From: Clostridia bacterium
GTDB taxonomy: Bacteria; Bacillota; Clostridia; Christensenellales; Aristaeellaceae
Direction of reading: 5' to 3'
Assembly: GCA_017550745.1 (NCBI GenBank)
Contig: JAFZOG010000137.1
Span: forward strand, 27,291-91,290
Length of the DNA stretch: 64,000 nucleotides
The translations under genes were made by a program, and so were the position numbers. This document shows, piece by piece, positions 18,790 through 27,780 of the stretch (positions are counted from its first letter, which is position 1; the number at the start of each line of letters is the position of its first letter). The notes under the pieces were generated by a model, which was not told where the DNA came from, did no database searches, and saw nothing but the letters and a program-made list of their open reading frames with translations.

Positions 18790-19421
18790 ACCAATATACG
18801 CCCGAAAAGCTGGTGGCAATCAGCCGATACAAAGCACTGTTTCCTACGCTGCCCACAGATGTTCAGCGGGACGTGTATGCCCGGATGCGGGTGCTGCTGG
18901 AAGAGGAAAAGCAATGGTGCGACAAGGGCAATTACAAGCACATCGCCCAGATATTGACCACCATCGCGCTGTACGAAGTTTTGCAGCAGCACGGGAAAAG
19001 CGAGCCGGAAGCCTTCGACATCATCTCCAAGGCCATGTGGGGCGCTCTGACGCCGAAGAGCTACCAGAAAATGGCTCGGCTTTCCTTCTTCCTCCCGGCC
19101 ATGAAGAAAATTCTTCCCTTTGGTTTCAAGCATGGCTCCGGCGCGGGCTGGCGCTATACCTGGCATCTGGACGAGGACCCCAAAGACCGCTTCCATTTCG
19201 AGTGCCGGGAGTGCCTGTATTGGCACATTTTCCACGAGCGGAATCTAATGAAGCTGGGGGCCATGTTCTGCCATTCGGACGTCATCAACTTCGGCAGCTT
19301 ACCCTACACGGATTTCAAGCGCACCAAAACTCTCTGCCAGGGCGGTGACTGCTGCGATTTTGACTTCGTCCGGCATCAGACCGACGCCGGGGATGGATGG
19401 GAGCGGAGCGAGAGCGTATGA
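18786..19421 (+). CDS. L-2-amino-thiazoline-4-carboxylic acid (ATC) hydrolase-like protein
   Basis: ATGA overlap with the upstream methyltransferase. The C-terminal Cys pattern FECRECLYWHIF…FCHSDV…TLCQGGDCCDFDF is as I recall for this family. Confidence 0.5.
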   Translation: MNQYTPEKLVAISRYKALFPTLPTDVQRDVYARMRVLLEEEKQWCDKGNYKHIAQILTTIALYEVLQQHGKSEPEAFDIISKAMWGALTPKSYQKMARLSFFLPAMKKILPFGFKHGSGAGWRYTWHLDEDPKDRFHFECRECLYWHIFHERNLMKLGAMFCHSDVINFGSLPYTDFKRTKTLCQGGDCCDFDFVRHQTDAGDGWERSESV

Positions 19422-19425
19422 TTAA

Positions 19426-19551
19426 GAAGGAAATACAAAGCATCCTACTGCAGAGCAGCTTGAGACAGCATTGCGGAAAGCTGGTTTCTCCGAAGTGCGA
19501 TTCGACCACCATGCATCCAACCCCTGGATCAGAGTGTTGGCAAAAAAATGA
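19426..19551 (+). pseudogene. C-terminal remnant of a SAM-dependent methyltransferase
   Basis: The frame is open only from 19426, with no start codon. It reads …TAEQLETALRKAGFSEVRFDHHASNPWIRVLAKK*, a typical methyltransferase C-terminal end. Confidence 0.45.
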
Positions 19552-19589
19552 TCCTTCCGCAATCATCCATCACGCTGGAGGTATGCACG

Positions 19590-20204
19590 ATGAAGTACGC
19601 AGGAATGCCCGGAGGCATGTGGCTGCTGTTCAAGCGCTCGTTTCAAAAACAACTAACCAATACGCTGGGGATCGACCGAAAGGCAGCGGCAGAAATCACC
19701 GGGAAGGCAAAAGCGAAGTACAGGGAAATCATCGCCTCCCTTCCGGACTTTGAAAAGGGCGACCGCTTCAAAATGAACATTGTCAGCTGCGCCACGCTGG
19801 CGGCCTTCCTGCTGAGTTTACCCGAAAAGCCCACAGCAGAGAAAGCTACGGTTTATTACCGCGAGGCCATGATGACGGGGGCAATGAAAAGGTTCTGCCG
19901 CATGAGCGGGAAGCGAAAGTTCAGCGAACGGGATATTCAAAGCATGAAGAAAACCGCCGCTTTCCGGGCCGCAGACCGGAATCCTTATTCCTGGAACATG
20001 GAGTTTCTGCCCTATGCAGACGGCAGCGGTTATGAAGCCCGGTTCAGCAAATGCGGCATCTGCACGTTGATGAAGGCGCTGGGGCTGTTTGCATATGAGC
20101 CCGCTATGACGGCTATATCGAGGACGACGACACGGAGGAAAAGGCCCGGTGGGTACGGCTTACGAAGAAGGAGGCGCGGTGACGGACTTTCAGGAGTTCG
20201 GTAA
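19590..20204 (+). CDS. ATC-hydrolase-like paralogue, C-terminus apparently replaced (possible pseudogene)
   Basis: GGAGG lies 8 nt before ATG 19590. It has …RFSKCGICTLMKALGLF…PAM but then lacks the terminal Cys-rich block and runs into an Arg-rich tail, while another frame reads RYDGYIEDDD…. Confidence 0.45.
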   Translation: MKYAGMPGGMWLLFKRSFQKQLTNTLGIDRKAAAEITGKAKAKYREIIASLPDFEKGDRFKMNIVSCATLAAFLLSLPEKPTAEKATVYYREAMMTGAMKRFCRMSGKRKFSERDIQSMKKTAAFRAADRNPYSWNMEFLPYADGSGYEARFSKCGICTLMKALGLFAYEPAMTAISRTTTRRKRPGGYGLRRRRRGDGLSGVR

Positions 20205-20248
20205 AAGGACGGAAAGACGTTTCCTATTCAAGATATTCGGCCTGACGC

Positions 20249-20277
20249 TTGACAATCGGGCGGAATGGTGATAAGAT
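20249..20277 (+). promoter_or_regulatory. sigma-70 promoter TTGACA-N17-TAAGAT
   Basis: Read directly: cTTGACAatcgggcggaatggtgaTAAGATaac, upstream of the DUF3793 gene. Confidence 0.6.
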
Positions 20278-20283
20278 AACAGT

Positions 20284-20299
20284 GTTAGAAGTATCTAAC
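20284..20299. promoter_or_regulatory. operator-like palindrome GTTAGAagtaTCTAAC
   Basis: Perfect 6+6 inverted repeat starting 7 nt after the -10 element. Confidence 0.5.
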
Positions 20300-20352
20300 A
20301 ACGCTGCTCCTTGACGGAATCCCGCATCGGGCAGCATCTTTTCAGGGCCTTG

Positions 20353-20368
20353 GTTAGAAATAACTAAC
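20353..20368. promoter_or_regulatory. operator-like palindrome GTTAGaaataaCTAAC
   Basis: Second copy of the GTTAG/CTAAC inverted repeat, 69 bp centre-to-centre from the first and directly upstream of the RBS. Confidence 0.5.
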
Positions 20369-20381
20369 TATGGAGGAGAGC

Positions 20382-20978
20382 ATGTCAGAAGAAACCGTGA
20401 TCCGCTGCTGCGCGCCGACCTTGGCGGCAATCAAGACCGGGAGCTTATTCAGCTGTGCTTTTGAGAGCAAGGAGGATATGACTTTAAGCCTCCGCACCGT
20501 GAACCGCTGCCTGATCCATAAGGGTGTTCGTGCGTTCCCGCTGCGATGGAAGGATGGAAAAGCGCTGATCTATTTATACCGCCCTTCCATGCTGGAACAT
20601 GACCTGCGAGACCCGGTGGCATTGGACCACCTTCGTTCCTGCGGTTATCCGATGGGCGGCGCGATGGAACAAATCCTGTTCCTGGTCAGCCGGCTGCGGG
20701 AAAACGGCGCCTTTCCCCATGAAATCGGCCTGTTCCTGGGTTATCCCGCCGTGGACGTGCGGGGATTCATCCTGCATGAGCCATGCAAATGCACGGGATT
20801 ATGGAAGGTGTTTGAAAGCGACGAGAAAGAAGCAATGCGCATGTTTGCCCGTTGCCGCCGCTGCATGGAAGGTTATTTAAAGCGCAATCAGGAGGGATGG
20901 GACCTGTCCCGGCTGACGATTCGGCCCCGGCAGTTTTCATACAAGTCAAATCCCAACGAAAGGAAGGTATCTGCATGA
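20382..20978 (+). CDS. DUF3793 family protein
   Basis: MSEETVIRCCAPTLAAIKTGSLFSC… and …FPHEIGLFLGYPAVDVRGF… match my memory of DUF3793. ATG 20382 follows GGAGGAG; the alternative ATG 20370 has no RBS. Confidence 0.6.
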   Translation: MSEETVIRCCAPTLAAIKTGSLFSCAFESKEDMTLSLRTVNRCLIHKGVRAFPLRWKDGKALIYLYRPSMLEHDLRDPVALDHLRSCGYPMGGAMEQILFLVSRLRENGAFPHEIGLFLGYPAVDVRGFILHEPCKCTGLWKVFESDEKEAMRMFARCRRCMEGYLKRNQEGWDLSRLTIRPRQFSYKSNPNERKVSA

Positions 20979-21044
20979 ACAAACCTGCGGTGGCCTGGTA
21001 ACCTTTCACAAATCTCATCAAATCAAAGAAAGAAGGGAAACAGA

Positions 21045-23429
21045 ATGAAAAAACTTATCGTGTCCCGGCTGGCGATCCTGCTGTGCGCGTTCTGCCTGTT
21101 TGGCGTCATGACGGTATGCCATGCCGAGCAGGGCGGATATGTACTGATGAATATCCCCTATGATCAATTCTATGCGGCGGAAGTGACGGATGCTTCCAGT
21201 ATCGACGCGGTGGCTTCCGCCACTCTGATGAAGCCCCGCGCGATGGGGCTTGCTGGCGGATCCTATCATGTGGACCCCGACGGCAGCGACATCACCGGTG
21301 TGATTTTCCCCGTGTATGTGGAGGATCTGAGTGTGCTGCCCTCCCTGGGCGGGAAGGAAATCACGGATGAAAGCAGCGTGGAGATCACCGTGACCAACAA
21401 GGGCCAGGAATCCACCACCACCTTCACCGGCAGCGACGCGCTGTTTGAAGCGCCCAGCTTCTCCTGGTACGCGCTGACCGAAACGCCCAATGTATATAAG
21501 AAGCTGAACGCGGACGGCAGCTTTTCCGCAGTCAGCGGTGAGACCGTCACGCTGGACGGGTCTGCCGAGATCATCTATGACCGTCACGCGGATGTGGTCA
21601 TCAAGGTGGCCGGAGCGGATGAAGCCCTGGCAGACAAAAACGTCAGCGGCGTCATGCTGGTGCTGGACGACGGAACGAAAGTGGGCCTGCGCCACATCGC
21701 CAATCTCTGGCGGAAAACGGAAATCGGCTTCGCCCTGGACAGCGACGTCTGCGCCGCTGTGAAAGGGAAAACGATTGCCGGCATTGCGTACATTACTCTG
21801 GACGGCGTATACAACCTTTCGGTCAATCTGGCGGTCCCCGCCGACGAAACGCTGCTGAAGTTCACCGGTACCTACATCGAGCTGTTCCCAGAATTTGCGA
21901 AAGAAGACTATAAGGATTACTGGATGGAGTGCATCAAAGCGTATGTAGAGGATGACGCAACCGCCGAGATGTACTACACCATGCTGACTGCCACCTACAT
22001 GGGCACCCTGAAAGGCCAGGAAGCTGTGGATGCTTACGCCGACAACCCGGATTCCATGCTGTTTGACTGCTTCTTTGAAAACGGCGTTGCGAAATTCGTC
22101 ATCAGCGGCGATGTGATTTCCGGCTTGGACGAGGAAGGCAAAGAGATATTCTCTCATGTATACCATTTCACGGAAGATCTGCCTGTTACCTTCTTCGGCC
22201 AGCCCACCGGCACCAGCCTGCACATCTATCAAGCGGACGACGCGGACGCGGGCGCGTTCACCTATTTCGCCTTTGCGGACGACACCCTGAAGGAAACCTA
22301 TCACATCGAATTCCGCTACGGCGTGCATCTGGAAGACCTGGGCAACTATTCCGAAGGTGAATACGCATACTGGCTGGCCGCGGGCATCAACGACGGCTAC
22401 AAGGACAGCCAAATCAAAGCCTGCATCAAGCTGTTCGTGGACGAGAACGTGGGCGGGCAGGAGGAGCAGGAAGCCGCTTCCGCCATCGAGATCGCCACAG
22501 CCGAAGACCTGGCTGCTATCAACAACAATCTCTCCGGCAACTATGTGCTGACAGCGGACATTGATCTGGCGGGGATGGCATGGACGCCCATCGGCGCGTT
22601 TGTCATGGGCGGCGGCGAGGAAGGCGAAGTGCCGGACATGGCAGCGGCCTTTACCGGCACATTTGACGGCCGGGGGCATACCCTGCGCAATCTGACCGTC
22701 AACCAGCCCGAGGGCTGGGCCCTGGGGCTGTTCGGATGCGCGGCCAATGCCCAGATCGGCAATTTCATTCTGGAAAACGCCGCTGTGGACGGCAGCGTCA
22801 TGGCTGCTGACGCGGTGGGTTACGCCTATTGCTCCACCATCCATGATGTGACGCTGTCGGGCGGCAGGGTAAATGCGCACTATACGGAAATGAGCGCGGA
22901 GGGCATGTACGGCGGTATTGCCGGAGCGTGCCTGGGCAGTCTCATCACCGGCTGCGACGTTCAGGCGGATATCACGATCCCGGATGGCACGGCCAACGCG
23001 GGCGTTGTGGGGGGCGGATTACAGATGACCAGTGTCGTGGATTGCAAAGCGACCGGCTCCGTAACCGCCGGGAACAACTGCTACGGCATTGGCGGCGTCT
23101 CCGGCTGCGGCTTTACCTCTGAAGAGTTTACCAATCTGACCGCGCAGGATATTGTTCTCAACGTGGGCGACAATTGCTTTTGGATCGGCGGCATTACCGG
23201 GTATGCGGGCGGCTACCCCGTGGAGGAGCTCGGCATACCTGTGACCGTCTTTACGAACTGCGTTGTCCGAAACGTGACCGTGAAGGCCGGCGATAACACG
23301 GACGGTGTTGGCAATATTGTGGGCAGCGGTTTCTACAGTGAAGAATTGGCCGCCAACGGCGCTCCTTTCGACCAGCCGACCCAGTTTGAGCTGGTGGATT
23401 GCACGGTGGAAAACTGGCAGCCCATCTGA
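21045..23429 (+). CDS. secreted multidomain protein: unknown N-terminal domain, ZinT/YodA-like lipocalin domain, C-terminal GLUG-motif repeats
   Basis: Signal peptide MKKLIVSRLAILLCAFCLFGVMTVCHA. The central block …HIYQADDADAGAFTYFAFADD…YHIEFRYG parallels the ZinT block [21 protein letters not shown]…HFHIF. The C-terminal repeats are GLFGCAAN, YGGIAGA, AGVVGGG, GIGGVSG and WIGGITGYAGG. Confidence 0.7.
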   Translation: MKKLIVSRLAILLCAFCLFGVMTVCHAEQGGYVLMNIPYDQFYAAEVTDASSIDAVASATLMKPRAMGLAGGSYHVDPDGSDITGVIFPVYVEDLSVLPSLGGKEITDESSVEITVTNKGQESTTTFTGSDALFEAPSFSWYALTETPNVYKKLNADGSFSAVSGETVTLDGSAEIIYDRHADVVIKVAGADEALADKNVSGVMLVLDDGTKVGLRHIANLWRKTEIGFALDSDVCAAVKGKTIAGIAYITLDGVYNLSVNLAVPADETLLKFTGTYIELFPEFAKEDYKDYWMECIKAYVEDDATAEMYYTMLTATYMGTLKGQEAVDAYADNPDSMLFDCFFENGVAKFVISGDVISGLDEEGKEIFSHVYHFTEDLPVTFFGQPTGTSLHIYQADDADAGAFTYFAFADDTLKETYHIEFRYGVHLEDLGNYSEGEYAYWLAAGINDGYKDSQIKACIKLFVDENVGGQEEQEAASAIEIATAEDLAAINNNLSGNYVLTADIDLAGMAWTPIGAFVMGGGEEGEVPDMAAAFTGTFDGRGHTLRNLTVNQPEGWALGLFGCAANAQIGNFILENAAVDGSVMAADAVGYAYCSTIHDVTLSGGRVNAHYTEMSAEGMYGGIAGACLGSLITGCDVQADITIPDGTANAGVVGGGLQMTSVVDCKATGSVTAGNNCYGIGGVSGCGFTSEEFTNLTAQDIVLNVGDNCFWIGGITGYAGGYPVEELGIPVTVFTNCVVRNVTVKAGDNTDGVGNIVGSGFYSEELAANGAPFDQPTQFELVDCTVENWQPI

Positions 23430-23443
23430 TGCCGGGATACCTT

Positions 23444-23484
23444 GCGGTCCGATGGCATTCCAACCCATCGGACCGCGTTTGATT
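23444..23484 (+). terminator. intrinsic terminator
   Basis: Perfect 12-bp stem GCGGTCCGATGG / CCATCGGACCGC with a 9-nt loop, followed by GTTTGATTG. Confidence 0.65.
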
Positions 23485-23509
23485 GATGAATGAGAGAGAA
23501 GGCGCTCAG

Positions 23510-24551
23510 ATGAAAGAGAAGAAATCGGGCAGATCACCCTCAGCCTTTGGCCGGCTGATGGAATACGCGGGCCGCTTCCGGGTGCTGACCTACCTGTCGC
23601 TGATCCTGTCCGCGCTGAGCAGCGTGCTGGCGCTCGTGCCCTTTATCTGCCTGTGGCGCATCATCCGGGAAGTGCTGGAAGTGCAGCCGGACTTTTCACT
23701 AGCCACCGGGATCGTCCGCAACGGGTGGATGGCCGTAGTGTTCGCAGTGCTGGCCTGGCTCGTGTATGTGAGCGCGCTGGTCTGCTCCCACGGCAGCGCG
23801 TTCCGCACGGCTGCCAACATGAAAAAGGTGCTGATGCGCCACATATCAGGACAAAACCGTTCTTCAGGATGTGACCTTTACCGCGAAACAGGGTGAGGTC
23901 ACGGCGCTGGTTGGCCCGTCGGGCGGCGGAAAAACAACTGTCTCGCGCCTGGCCGCGCGGTTCTGGGACGTTACCAAAGGCCGGATCACGGTGGGCGGAC
24001 AAGATGTTTCCCGCATTGATCCCGAAACCCTGCTAAGCGTGTATTCCATCGTCTTCCAGGATGTGACGCTGTTCAATAACAGCATTTTGGAGAACATCCG
24101 CGTCGGGAAAAAGGACGCCTCGGACGACGAAGTGCTGGCGGCGGCAAGGCTGGCCAACTGTGATGAATTCGCGCTGAAACTGCCGAAGGGATATGCAACC
24201 CTTATCGGTGAAAACGGCAGTGAGCTGTCCGGCGGCGAACGCCAGCGCATTTCCATTGCCCGGGCGATGCTCAAAGGCGCGCCCATCGTGCTGCTGGACG
24301 AGGCCACCGCTTCCCTGGACGTGGAAAATGAAACGAAGGTGCAGGGAGCCCTGTCCCGTCTGCTGACGGGCAAAACGGTGCTCGTGATCGCCCACCGAAT
24401 GCGTACGGTGGAAGCCGCGGACAAAGTGATCGTTCTCGCCGACGGAAAAGCCGCCGAACAGGGAAGTCCCGCCGAGCTCATGGAGAAAAACGACGGCATG
24501 TTCCGCAGGATGACGCTTGTCCAGGCATCCAGCGCGGAATGGAGCATCTGA
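23510..24551 (+). pseudogene. ABC exporter (fused permease-ATPase type) with internal out-of-frame deletion
   Basis: The first frame (to 23896) gives only the first two TM helices of an exporter membrane domain. At ~23850-23880 the sequence continues in another frame directly into the ATPase domain (…LQDVTFTAKQGEVTALVGPSGGGKTT…LSGGERQR…VLLDEATASLD). TM3-TM6 are missing, roughly 200 aa by comparison with typical exporters. Confidence 0.7.
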
Positions 24552-24844
24552 CAGGCTGATTTCAGCAGCAAAAGATGATCCTTGAACTCTGTACTCTCCG
24601 CACCCGGCTTTCTGCCATTTTGCATAGAGTTTCGCTTATATGGGCCTATCTAACAGCGCTTCATGAAAAACTGCGGAATACGCTCGCATGGCCTTTTTTC
24701 CCCGCGCAAAGATTGCCGCTGAACTTGGCTTTTTCCAAAAATCTTAAATCCAACCCGCTAAAGCCGGTTTTTTTCATTGTGAAAGCATTTCTGATGTGGT
24801 ATACTTTGTGTGCCGGGAAAATGATTTGATAAAGAGGAAAGCGT

Positions 24845-25747
24845 ATGTTGGATCCGCGTATGGAAAGCCTGCTGATGATTTGCGATAAAAACAGCTTCAC
24901 GAAAGCGGCGGAAGCCCTGTCGTTGACACAGCCTGCCATCAGCCACCATATCCGGGGGCTGGAATCGGAGCTGGGCGTTCGGCTGTTTTACCGTAGCCGG
25001 GGAGAATTAAAGCTGACCACCGAAGGGGAGATCGTGGCAGGGTACGCGCGGCGCATCAAAGGCATGCACGAAAAAATGCTCCGCTCTCTGGAAGACGCCC
25101 AACGCCAGATGACCTCCATCCGGGTGGGTATTACCCACACCGCCGAAAGCAGCCTGATCGCCGAAGTGCTGGCGAAATACTCCACCTCCGGTTCCGGCGT
25201 GCGGCTGACGATCATCACGGATACGATCAAAAACCTGTATGATCTCCTGGATCAATACGAGCTTGACCTGGCCATTGTGGAAGGAAAGCCGCCGGAAGGC
25301 GATATGAACGGCCTCCTGCTGGACACGGACTATCTGGTCTGCGTCGTTTGCAACGACAGCCCGCTGGCGAAAAAGAGCATGGTGACGCTCTCCGACATCC
25401 GGAAAGAAAAAATGATCCTGCGCCTCCCGGGATCGGGGACGCAGAATCTGTTCGTAGCGCACCTGGAAAGCATCGGCATGTCCATCAATGAATTTAACGT
25501 GGCGCTGGAGGTGGACAATATTGCCACCATCAAGGATCTGATCCGGAAAAACATGGGTATTTCCATCCTGGCCCACAGCGCTTGCATGGACGAGCTCAAA
25601 AAGGGAAAAATCACCGCGCTTCCCATTGAAAACCTGAGTATGGTAAGGCAAATCAATATCCTGTATCACAAGGATTTTCCGCACACGGAAACCCTTCAGG
25701 CCATCACAAAGCTGTATCGGGAAACAGCAAAGCTCTATACACTTTAA
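24845..25747 (+). CDS. LysR family transcriptional regulator
   Basis: HTH FTKAAEALSLTQPAISHHIRGLESELGVRLF. AAGAGGAAAG RBS. Confidence 0.85.
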   Translation: MLDPRMESLLMICDKNSFTKAAEALSLTQPAISHHIRGLESELGVRLFYRSRGELKLTTEGEIVAGYARRIKGMHEKMLRSLEDAQRQMTSIRVGITHTAESSLIAEVLAKYSTSGSGVRLTIITDTIKNLYDLLDQYELDLAIVEGKPPEGDMNGLLLDTDYLVCVVCNDSPLAKKSMVTLSDIRKEKMILRLPGSGTQNLFVAHLESIGMSINEFNVALEVDNIATIKDLIRKNMGISILAHSACMDELKKGKITALPIENLSMVRQINILYHKDFPHTETLQAITKLYRETAKLYTL

Positions 25748-26012
25748 GTTTTGTAATTGTTCAGGCACTTACTTAAAGAGCGCTTTAAGTCACAAACGAA
25801 ACGACGAGGCGAGTTGCGACCTTTGAGGCTGCGGATCTGGGCGCGCGCAGCGCCCAGCGTATCCCCTTACTAACTTAAAATGCCCAATAAATCAAATGGA
25901 CTGAACAGAAATTAAGATTCAAATACTTGCAGTCAACCCGCGGCTTTGTTCCTTATTTGGAATGGTTTTTCATCCTGCATCTGAAATCAAGATGATCTTA
26001 GCATAGAAATCA

Positions 26013-27569
26013 TTACTCGTCTCCCAGCGCTTCGGTCTGGCGCACGGTGACTTTCACGTTATAGCAGGAGAAGGCGTCTTCCACCAGCTGCCTGTCGGGC
26101 TTTGGCGTAATGAAGCTGACCACCGGCACGATCACCAGGCCCACCAGCATACAGAACGCGCCAGCGTTGATGGGGGACTGGAGGAGGGCAGGGAAGCTGG
26201 AGCGAACCAGCATGTTGGCGATCATGACGACAGAGGAGAAAATGAAGCTGACCCAGCAGGCGATCTTGGTGGTGCGCTTCCAGTAGAGGCCGTAGAGGAA
26301 CGGCGCCAGGAACGCGCCGGCCAGCGCGCCCCAGCTGACGCCCATGAGCTGGGCGATGAAGGTCACGTTGGAGGTATACTGGATGATGGCGATGACCACG
26401 GAGACGGCAATGAAGGCAATGATCAGGCCGCGCATCCATTTGACCTGCTTCTTTTCGTCCATGCCTTTGATAATGTTGTCCTTCAGGAAGTCCAGCGTCA
26501 GCGTGGAGGAGGAGGCCAGCACCAGGGAGGACAGCGTGCTCATGGAGGCGGACAGTACCAGGATGACCACCACAGCGATCAGCAGGTCAGGCAGGCCGGA
26601 GAGCATGCCGGGCACGATGGCGTCAAAGCCGCCCACCGGGGCGCCGGTTTCCGTGACGCCGATGGTATCGGAGAACAGCCGTCCGAAGCCGCCCAGGAAG
26701 TAGCAGCCGCCGGCCACGATAAACGCGAACACGGTGGAAATGATCATGCCCTTGTTGATCGCGCCTTCGCTTTTGATGGCGTAGAACTTCTGCACCATCT
26801 GCGGCAGGCCCCAGGTGCCAAGGGAGGTCAGGATGACCACGCCCAGCAGGTTCAGCGGATCAGGGCCGAAGAAGGAATTGAACACGCCGGGGGAGGCGGA
26901 CACCGCTTCGTCCTTTACCTGGCTTAGGCCGTTCAGCGCTTCCAGGAACCCGCCCTTGCTATTGAGCACAGCGGCGATGACCGCAATGATGCCGAACACC
27001 ATGATGATGCCCTGGATGAAGTCGTTGATGGCGGTGGCCATATAGCCTCCGGCGATGACGTAAATACCGGTGAGAATGGCCATCACGATCACGCAGACGG
27101 AATAGTCGATATTGAACGCCATGCCGAACAGGCGGCTCAGGCCGTTATACAGGCTGGCGGTGTAGGGAATCAGAAAAATAAAGATGATGGCGGAAGCAGA
27201 GATTTTCAGGCTCTTGCTGTTAAAACGCTTGCCGAAGAATTCCGGCATGGTGGCGCTCTTTAAGTGCTGGGTCATGATGCGGGTGCGGCGTCCCAGCACG
27301 CCCCAGGCCATCAGGGAACCGATCAGCGCGTTGCCGATGCCCACCCAGGTGGCGGCGATGCCGTATTTCCAGCCGAACTGGCCTGCGTAACCGACGAAAA
27401 TAACAGCGGAGAAATAAGAAGTGCCGTAAGCAAAAGCCGTCAGCCAGGGGCCGACACTCCGGCCGCCCAGCACAAATCCGTCCACGTTGGTGGCGTGCTT
27501 ACGGCAGTATAAGCCGATGCCTACCATCACCCCGAAAAATACCACCAGCATCATTGCTTTGATCAACAT
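26013..27569 (-). CDS. sodium:solute symporter family (SSF) transporter
   Basis: Polytopic protein with an SSF-type N-terminus (…DGFVLGGRSVGPWLTAFAYGTSYFSAVIFVGYAG…). The start is uncertain: the track gives 27626, while ATG 27569 (MLIKAMM…) follows AAAGGA. Confidence 0.75.
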   Translation of the reverse strand: MLIKAMMLVVFFGVMVGIGLYCRKHATNVDGFVLGGRSVGPWLTAFAYGTSYFSAVIFVGYAGQFGWKYGIAATWVGIGNALIGSLMAWGVLGRRTRIMTQHLKSATMPEFFGKRFNSKSLKISASAIIFIFLIPYTASLYNGLSRLFGMAFNIDYSVCVIVMAILTGIYVIAGGYMATAINDFIQGIIMVFGIIAVIAAVLNSKGGFLEALNGLSQVKDEAVSASPGVFNSFFGPDPLNLLGVVILTSLGTWGLPQMVQKFYAIKSEGAINKGMIISTVFAFIVAGGCYFLGGFGRLFSDTIGVTETGAPVGGFDAIVPGMLSGLPDLLIAVVVILVLSASMSTLSSLVLASSSTLTLDFLKDNIIKGMDEKKQVKWMRGLIIAFIAVSVVIAIIQYTSNVTFIAQLMGVSWGALAGAFLAPFLYGLYWKRTTKIACWVSFIFSSVVMIANMLVRSSFPALLQSPINAGAFCMLVGLVIVPVVSFITPKPDRQLVEDAFSCYNVKVTVRQTEALGDE

Positions 27570-27780
27570 ACCAGGAACCATCCTTTCATCCGATTCAGAC
27601 GCATCATGGGGATTGCCTGAATCCATTGCTTTATCGCTTTAAAGCATAATGCATAAAAGCATTAAAGTCAAGGGGTTTTCCAAAATTATTTTCAGTCCGG
27701 TTTGAAATTGTAAACGGAAGTGATTGCGAATCAAGTGGGGAATGTGATAAAATACTGCTGGCAAAAAAGGAGGATGCGAT

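Noticed and set aside
19397-19753. 118-aa plus-strand ORF spanning the methyltransferase remnant and the start of the second ATC-hydrolase-like gene
   Set aside because: It is out of frame with both protein-like readings, gives an Arg/His-rich product and has no RBS.
21018-22880. 620-aa minus-strand ORF
   Set aside because: It is antisense to the secreted ZinT-like/GLUG gene, which has a signal peptide, an RBS and domain motifs. The antisense product has biased composition.
24575-24829. 84-aa ORF between the ABC pseudogene and the lysR gene
   Set aside because: It has no RBS, gives a Leu/Phe-rich low-complexity product and overlaps the likely lysR promoter (TTGTGA-N17-TATACT).
25748-26012. 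Structured RNA between the convergent lysR and symporter genes
   Set aside because: I saw only short hairpins (CTTAAAG…CTTTAAG, CTGGGCGC…GCGCCCAG) without U-runs or any motif I recognise. That is not enough to call a feature.
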